From assembly GCA_946613885.1 (NCBI GenBank), contig CAMOGA010000005.1, forward strand, positions 3,159 to 67,158: a stretch of DNA of 64,000 nt, in the 5' to 3' direction. The first letter of the stretch is position 1, and each line of letters begins with the position of its first letter. The DNA is from an uncultured Pseudomonadota bacterium. GTDB lineage: Bacteria; Pseudomonadota; Alphaproteobacteria; Rs-D84. Of the stretch, positions 59,656-64,000 are shown piece after piece. The notes beneath the pieces are model-generated. The model had not been told where the DNA came from. It did no database searches and saw only the letters and a list, made by a program, of their open reading frames with translations. The translations under genes were made by a program, and so were the position numbers.

Positions 59656-61413
59656 TTATATTCGCGCACTGAAGCCGATTTTATTTGTCATATTTGCGTT
59701 TTGGTGGACGGATAACAATTCATCAATCTTGTTAATTGTAAATTCTGTTTTGACATCATTTCCATCGTTTTCCAATAAACTGCGGCGTAACAGTGTTGCG
59801 ATTTCACGTTGCAATGAACGAACACCCTGTTCAGATGTATATTCGCGTATAATGTGCAAAATTGCATCATCATCAATGATAATGTTGTTTACATCCCAAC
59901 CTGTATCTGATGCAGCACGTTTTAATAAATGTTCGCGTGCAATTTGTAATTTTTCGTTTTCTGTATATCCGGGAATTTCGATAATTTCCATACGGTCTTT
60001 TAATGCAGACGACATATTTAATGAATTTGCTGTTGCAATAAATAATACATTGGACAGGTCAAAATCAACCTCTAAGTAATGATCACGAAAAGTTTTGTTT
60101 TGTTCAGGGTCCAGCACTTCCAATAATGCGGATTCTGGGTCCCCACGCCAATCACGTCCCATTTTATCAATTTCATCCAATACTATTACTGGATTATTAG
60201 ATTTGCATCTTTTTAATGCGTCCATAATGCGGCCACATTGTGCGCCTATGTAAGTTTTACGATGTCCACGAAAATGTGCTTCGTCCGAAACACCACCCAA
60301 AGAAATTCTGCAATATTTGCGGTTCAGGGCATTTGCTATTGATTTACATAATGATGTTTTTCCAACGCCCGGTGCCCCAACAAAACATAAAATTGTTCCG
60401 CTGTTTTTACCAGTTTTTTTCATAACAGCAATATGTTCCAATATGCGTTCTTTGACACCAATCATGCCGGAATGTTCGCTGTTCAAAGTTGCACGTGCAT
60501 GTTGCAAATCAACCGGCGCAGCATCAGATTTATCCCATGGCATAGATAACAATTCATCCAGATATGTTTTTAATAAACCGCCTTCTTGGGACATGGGGGA
60601 CATTGCGCGCATACGTTTGAATTCTGATAATGCCTTTTCTTTTGCTTCATCTGGCATTGCAGATTTCATAATTTTTTTACGCAGATTCAATGTGTCCATT
60701 TCGTCATCGTCATCGCCCATTTCTTTTTGAATTGCGCGCATTTTTTCTTGTAATATTGCCTGACGTTGACCGTTGTCCATCTGCATTTGAACACGACGAT
60801 TAATACTGGATTCTATACGACCTGTTTCAATTAATATTGCCAATTGTTCCATTAATGCCATTAATTTTTCACGCCAAGTTTGCATTTTTAAGATTTCAAC
60901 CGCGACAGATGTGTCGATATTTGCCAACTGAATCGCAGAATCTACAAATGCCGCCATTGGATAATCGTTTATAATGGCATGGATTTTTTCCATTTTAAAT
61001 TTGTGTTGACCAGATAATGTTTGCAGGGCATCTGCAACTTTGTCCCGCAAAGCAATAGTTTGTTCGTTGGTTGAATCGTCAAATATGGCGATTGGTGTAG
61101 CCGTTCCACTGAAAATACCATCGGTAATGTTAATATCGGATAAATTTACAACGTCTGTTGTTTGAATAATTGCGTGTATAGAGCCATCTGGCATGTGTAA
61201 AACCTGGGCAATAGTACCGATTGTTCCGGTTGTAAAAATATCGTCCACGCTGGTTGGATATGTCCAGTTGTGTTGTGGGCATAAAACCAATTTTTGGTGT
61301 TCCCGTGTTGCAGATTGAATACATGCAATAGATGTCGGGTTATCTACATAAACCGGCACAGTAAGTCCTGGATGAACAACTAAATCACGAACTGGTAAAA
61401 TATATTCTGTCAT
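59656..61413 (-). CDS. lon: Lon-like protein: LON N-domain plus AAA+ module, no S16 peptidase domain
   Basis: N-terminal LPVRDLVVHPG, Walker A GAPGVGKTS, Walker B VIVLDEIDK, and sensor region YTSEQGVRSLQREI. The ORF stops ~45 aa later, where LonA proteins start the protease domain (no GLAWT/PKDGPSAG anywhere downstream). Confidence 0.85.
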   Translation of the reverse strand: MTEYILPVRDLVVHPGLTVPVYVDNPTSIACIQSATREHQKLVLCPQHNWTYPTSVDDIFTTGTIGTIAQVLHMPDGSIHAIIQTTDVVNLSDINITDGIFSGTATPIAIFDDSTNEQTIALRDKVADALQTLSGQHKFKMEKIHAIINDYPMAAFVDSAIQLANIDTSVAVEILKMQTWREKLMALMEQLAILIETGRIESSINRRVQMQMDNGQRQAILQEKMRAIQKEMGDDDDEMDTLNLRKKIMKSAMPDEAKEKALSEFKRMRAMSPMSQEGGLLKTYLDELLSMPWDKSDAAPVDLQHARATLNSEHSGMIGVKERILEHIAVMKKTGKNSGTILCFVGAPGVGKTSLCKSIANALNRKYCRISLGGVSDEAHFRGHRKTYIGAQCGRIMDALKRCKSNNPVIVLDEIDKMGRDWRGDPESALLEVLDPEQNKTFRDHYLEVDFDLSNVLFIATANSLNMSSALKDRMEIIEIPGYTENEKLQIAREHLLKRAASDTGWDVNNIIIDDDAILHIIREYTSEQGVRSLQREIATLLRRSLLENDGNDVKTEFTINKIDELLSVHQNANMTNKIGFSARI

Positions 61414-61457
61414 AGCGAATTAAATATAAATCATTTTTTACATTTTTCAAGGTATAA

Positions 61458-61488
61458 AAAAATCCCCAGTATTTATGGGGATTTGATG
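61458..61488 (-). terminator. intrinsic terminator of the small membrane protein gene
   Basis: On the minus strand: AATCCCCataaatacTGGGGATT followed by a T-run. Confidence 0.65.
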
Positions 61489-61504
61489 ATAGTTTGTCAT
61501 CAAA

Positions 61505-61741
61505 TTAACGACGACGAAAACCATTAGTATGAGATTGTGCGTTGCTGCTGGATTTTTTAGACAAATAACGCGCGCCAATCAAAACCAACCATTCAACAGA
61601 CAATAACGCCAATCCAATAACTTTTTCTTGGCATCCGTCCAAATACGCCAAAACGTAAACAAATTGCGCGATATAAGATAAATACAAAACACCAAAAACG
61701 CCTGTGAAGAATATTTTTTTAATTTTTCCGAACATTTTCAT
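61505..61741 (-). CDS. small two-TM membrane protein
   Basis: RBS aaaaggaaa then ATG. Two hydrophobic helices and a basic C-terminus. Confidence 0.4.
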   Translation of the reverse strand: MKMFGKIKKIFFTGVFGVLYLSYIAQFVYVLAYLDGCQEKVIGLALLSVEWLVLIGARYLSKKSSSNAQSHTNGFRRR

Positions 61742-61773
61742 TTCCTTTTGTTATTTTTTATAAATTTTTCTAT

Positions 61774-62086
61774 ATCGGGTTTCTGGTGCCAGGTACCCGA
61801 TAAACCCCGCAAAAGCTATAATGAAATACATCAACAATTGCCAACGTATTTCTGTGCTATATTAAGCAGCCATTGCAAAGCGAACATTGTCGTTCGCAGC
61901 GATTCTATCGCCATTCAGTTTTTAGTTTGTTTTTAACGGAACAACCCGGATTCAATCAATTTGCCTTTATTTCGCCTGTCGAAACTATATCAGCCCCATA
62001 AAATTGGTGGAGCTGTGGGGTACCGCCCCCCAGTCCAAAACGATTATTCCGCAACGAATTCAGAATCATCACCATTTTTAATGGCA
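61774..62086 (-). ncRNA. ssrA: tmRNA, circularly permuted two-piece (alphaproteobacterial type)
   Basis: Read on the minus strand. The acceptor piece ends UUUUGGAC-UGGGG-GGCGGUA-CCCCA-CAGCUCC-ACCA (3' end at 62005). A 7-nt spacer AUUUUAU follows. The coding piece starts GGGGCUGAUAUAGUUUCGACAGG (5' end at 61997). GGGGCUG/CAGCUCC gives the G3:U70 pair. The tag ORF GCG AAC GAC AAU GUU CGC UUU GCA AUG GCU GCU UAA encodes (A)ANDNVRFAMAA (61897-61862). Outer boundaries are approximate. Confidence 0.85.
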
Positions 62087-62092
62087 GAATAT

Positions 62093-62121
62093 ATTATAAA
62101 TAATATAACTGGAAATTGCAA
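62093..62121 (-). promoter_or_regulatory. promoter of ssrA
   Basis: On the minus strand: TTGCAA (62121-62116), 17 nt spacer, TATAAT (62098-62093). Confidence 0.55.
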
Positions 62122-62145
62122 GTTTTTAAGTTATAATGACAATAA

Positions 62146-63159
<1,014 letters not shown>

Positions 63160-63161
63160 AT

Positions 63162-63701
63162 ATGTCAGAAACGTATAAATATGGATTGAAAGATTTGAAA
63201 GGCAATCCGATTCCAGATTCTAAATTATCGCCAATTGGGCGTGATATGTTTGAATCTAGTGGTGATTATGATGCGGATATAAAAAAAGATGTTTGTGCGT
63301 ATTACGGCAAAAAAAGAATACCATTATCTTCGGTTGATTCAAATAAATATATCGTTAAATTTATTGCAGGACTTTGGCGGGTTCGCAAAAAACCAAATCA
63401 ATCACACAAAGTTATAAACGTATATGATAAACGTTTGGTTTTGGGTAAAAAAATTGATATTAACGAAAGAGATGATTTTAATTTTGAATATTATACAGCC
63501 GCAGCAGAAAAATACGACATATTTGATGTGTTAGATTTGGATTTTGATATGTATGTTGCGAAATGTAATACAGTTCGTGGTGTAATGATGCGATATGGTG
63601 AAACGCGCGAATCTGCACGTGCGTTTTTACGCGGTGCGATAATGGATGCCTTTGCGCATAATATTGCATCGGTTGTTATTGGTAATCCAAAGCAACGTTA
63701 A
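63162..63701 (+). CDS. hypothetical protein
   Basis: 179-aa ORF 2 nt after obg. No motif recognised. Confidence 0.45.
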   Translation: MSETYKYGLKDLKGNPIPDSKLSPIGRDMFESSGDYDADIKKDVCAYYGKKRIPLSSVDSNKYIVKFIAGLWRVRKKPNQSHKVINVYDKRLVLGKKIDINERDDFNFEYYTAAAEKYDIFDVLDLDFDMYVAKCNTVRGVMMRYGETRESARAFLRGAIMDAFAHNIASVVIGNPKQR

Positions 63702-64000
63702 ATTTCCGGTCCGGCAATAAAATCACCAGTACCCGCATTATAGAAAAATTGTCCACTGACTTTATCGTACATACATGCCACACCTGACAAATCTTTGACC
63801 GGTACCATGTCACGAATTAATGTGCCATTGTCATAGATTTTAAAATAATATATTATTGTGTCACCACCAATACATCCTGAGCTTGATGTACTAGCATAAC
63901 ACTCACCACTAAGATTAGTGCCAATACGATTAGTGCCAAATATCCAGCAGGATCGCACGCCTTGGTATTGTGAATACCAATTGGTAGCATAAGAAGTGTT
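63698..64000 (-). CDS. C-terminal part of a hypothetical protein continuing beyond the window
   Basis: The minus-strand frame is open to the window edge (NTSYATNWYSQYQG... precedes the listed GTG). It ends ...MYDKVSGQFFYNAGTGDFIAGPEI. Gly/Ser/Thr/Cys-rich and beta-looking. Confidence 0.4.
   Translation of the reverse strand, partial: NTSYATNWYSQYQGVRSCWIFGTNRIGTNLSGECYASTSSSGCIGGDTIIYYFKIYDNGTLIRDMVPVKDLSGVACMYDKVSGQFFYNAGTGDFIAGPEI

Overview
AT-rich chromosomal window from a Gram-negative bacterium. It looks alphaproteobacterial and possibly Rickettsiales/Holosporales-like: a circularly permuted two-piece tmRNA gene, lpxI, a zauP-like/zapA pair, tandem VirB8-like genes and an orphan virB11. 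Most of the window is housekeeping: rpmG, parC, rpsU, lptE-holA, map, radC, zapA, gap, miaA, priA, lpxI, birA, bamA-rseP-cdsA-uppS-frr, tRNA-Ala/His/Met, ligA, class A PBP, MsbA-like ABC exporter, rne, tsaB-rimI, lon, ssrA and obg. The main accessory region (~22.1-34.5 kb) is a compact T7-like podovirus module with cell-wall hydrolase, holin-like protein, scaffold, gp10-like capsid, gp11/gp12-like tail tube, terminase and gp8-like portal. It has no integrase, polymerase, internal core or fibre genes. Its large terminase is cleanly split into an ATPase ORF and a nuclease ORF by a 3.3-kb opposite-strand cassette (hypothetical protein, double-HTH cI-like regulator, DnaB helicase). A separately transcribed Lys/Ala/Pro-repeat histone-H1-like gene sits between scaffold and capsid. 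Other points worth a second look: a ~340-nt GC-rich structured non-coding island with its own promoter (possible divergent RNase P RNA); a duplicated tRNA-His 3' end with a GC-rich hairpin element; a Lon homologue ending exactly before the protease domain; a BirA wHTH domain encoded as a separate overlapping ORF; a VirB7/VirB8/VirB8-like set directly downstream of bamA; and several cysteine-rich secreted proteins. All functions are inferred by eye from motifs in the supplied translations, and no searches were run.
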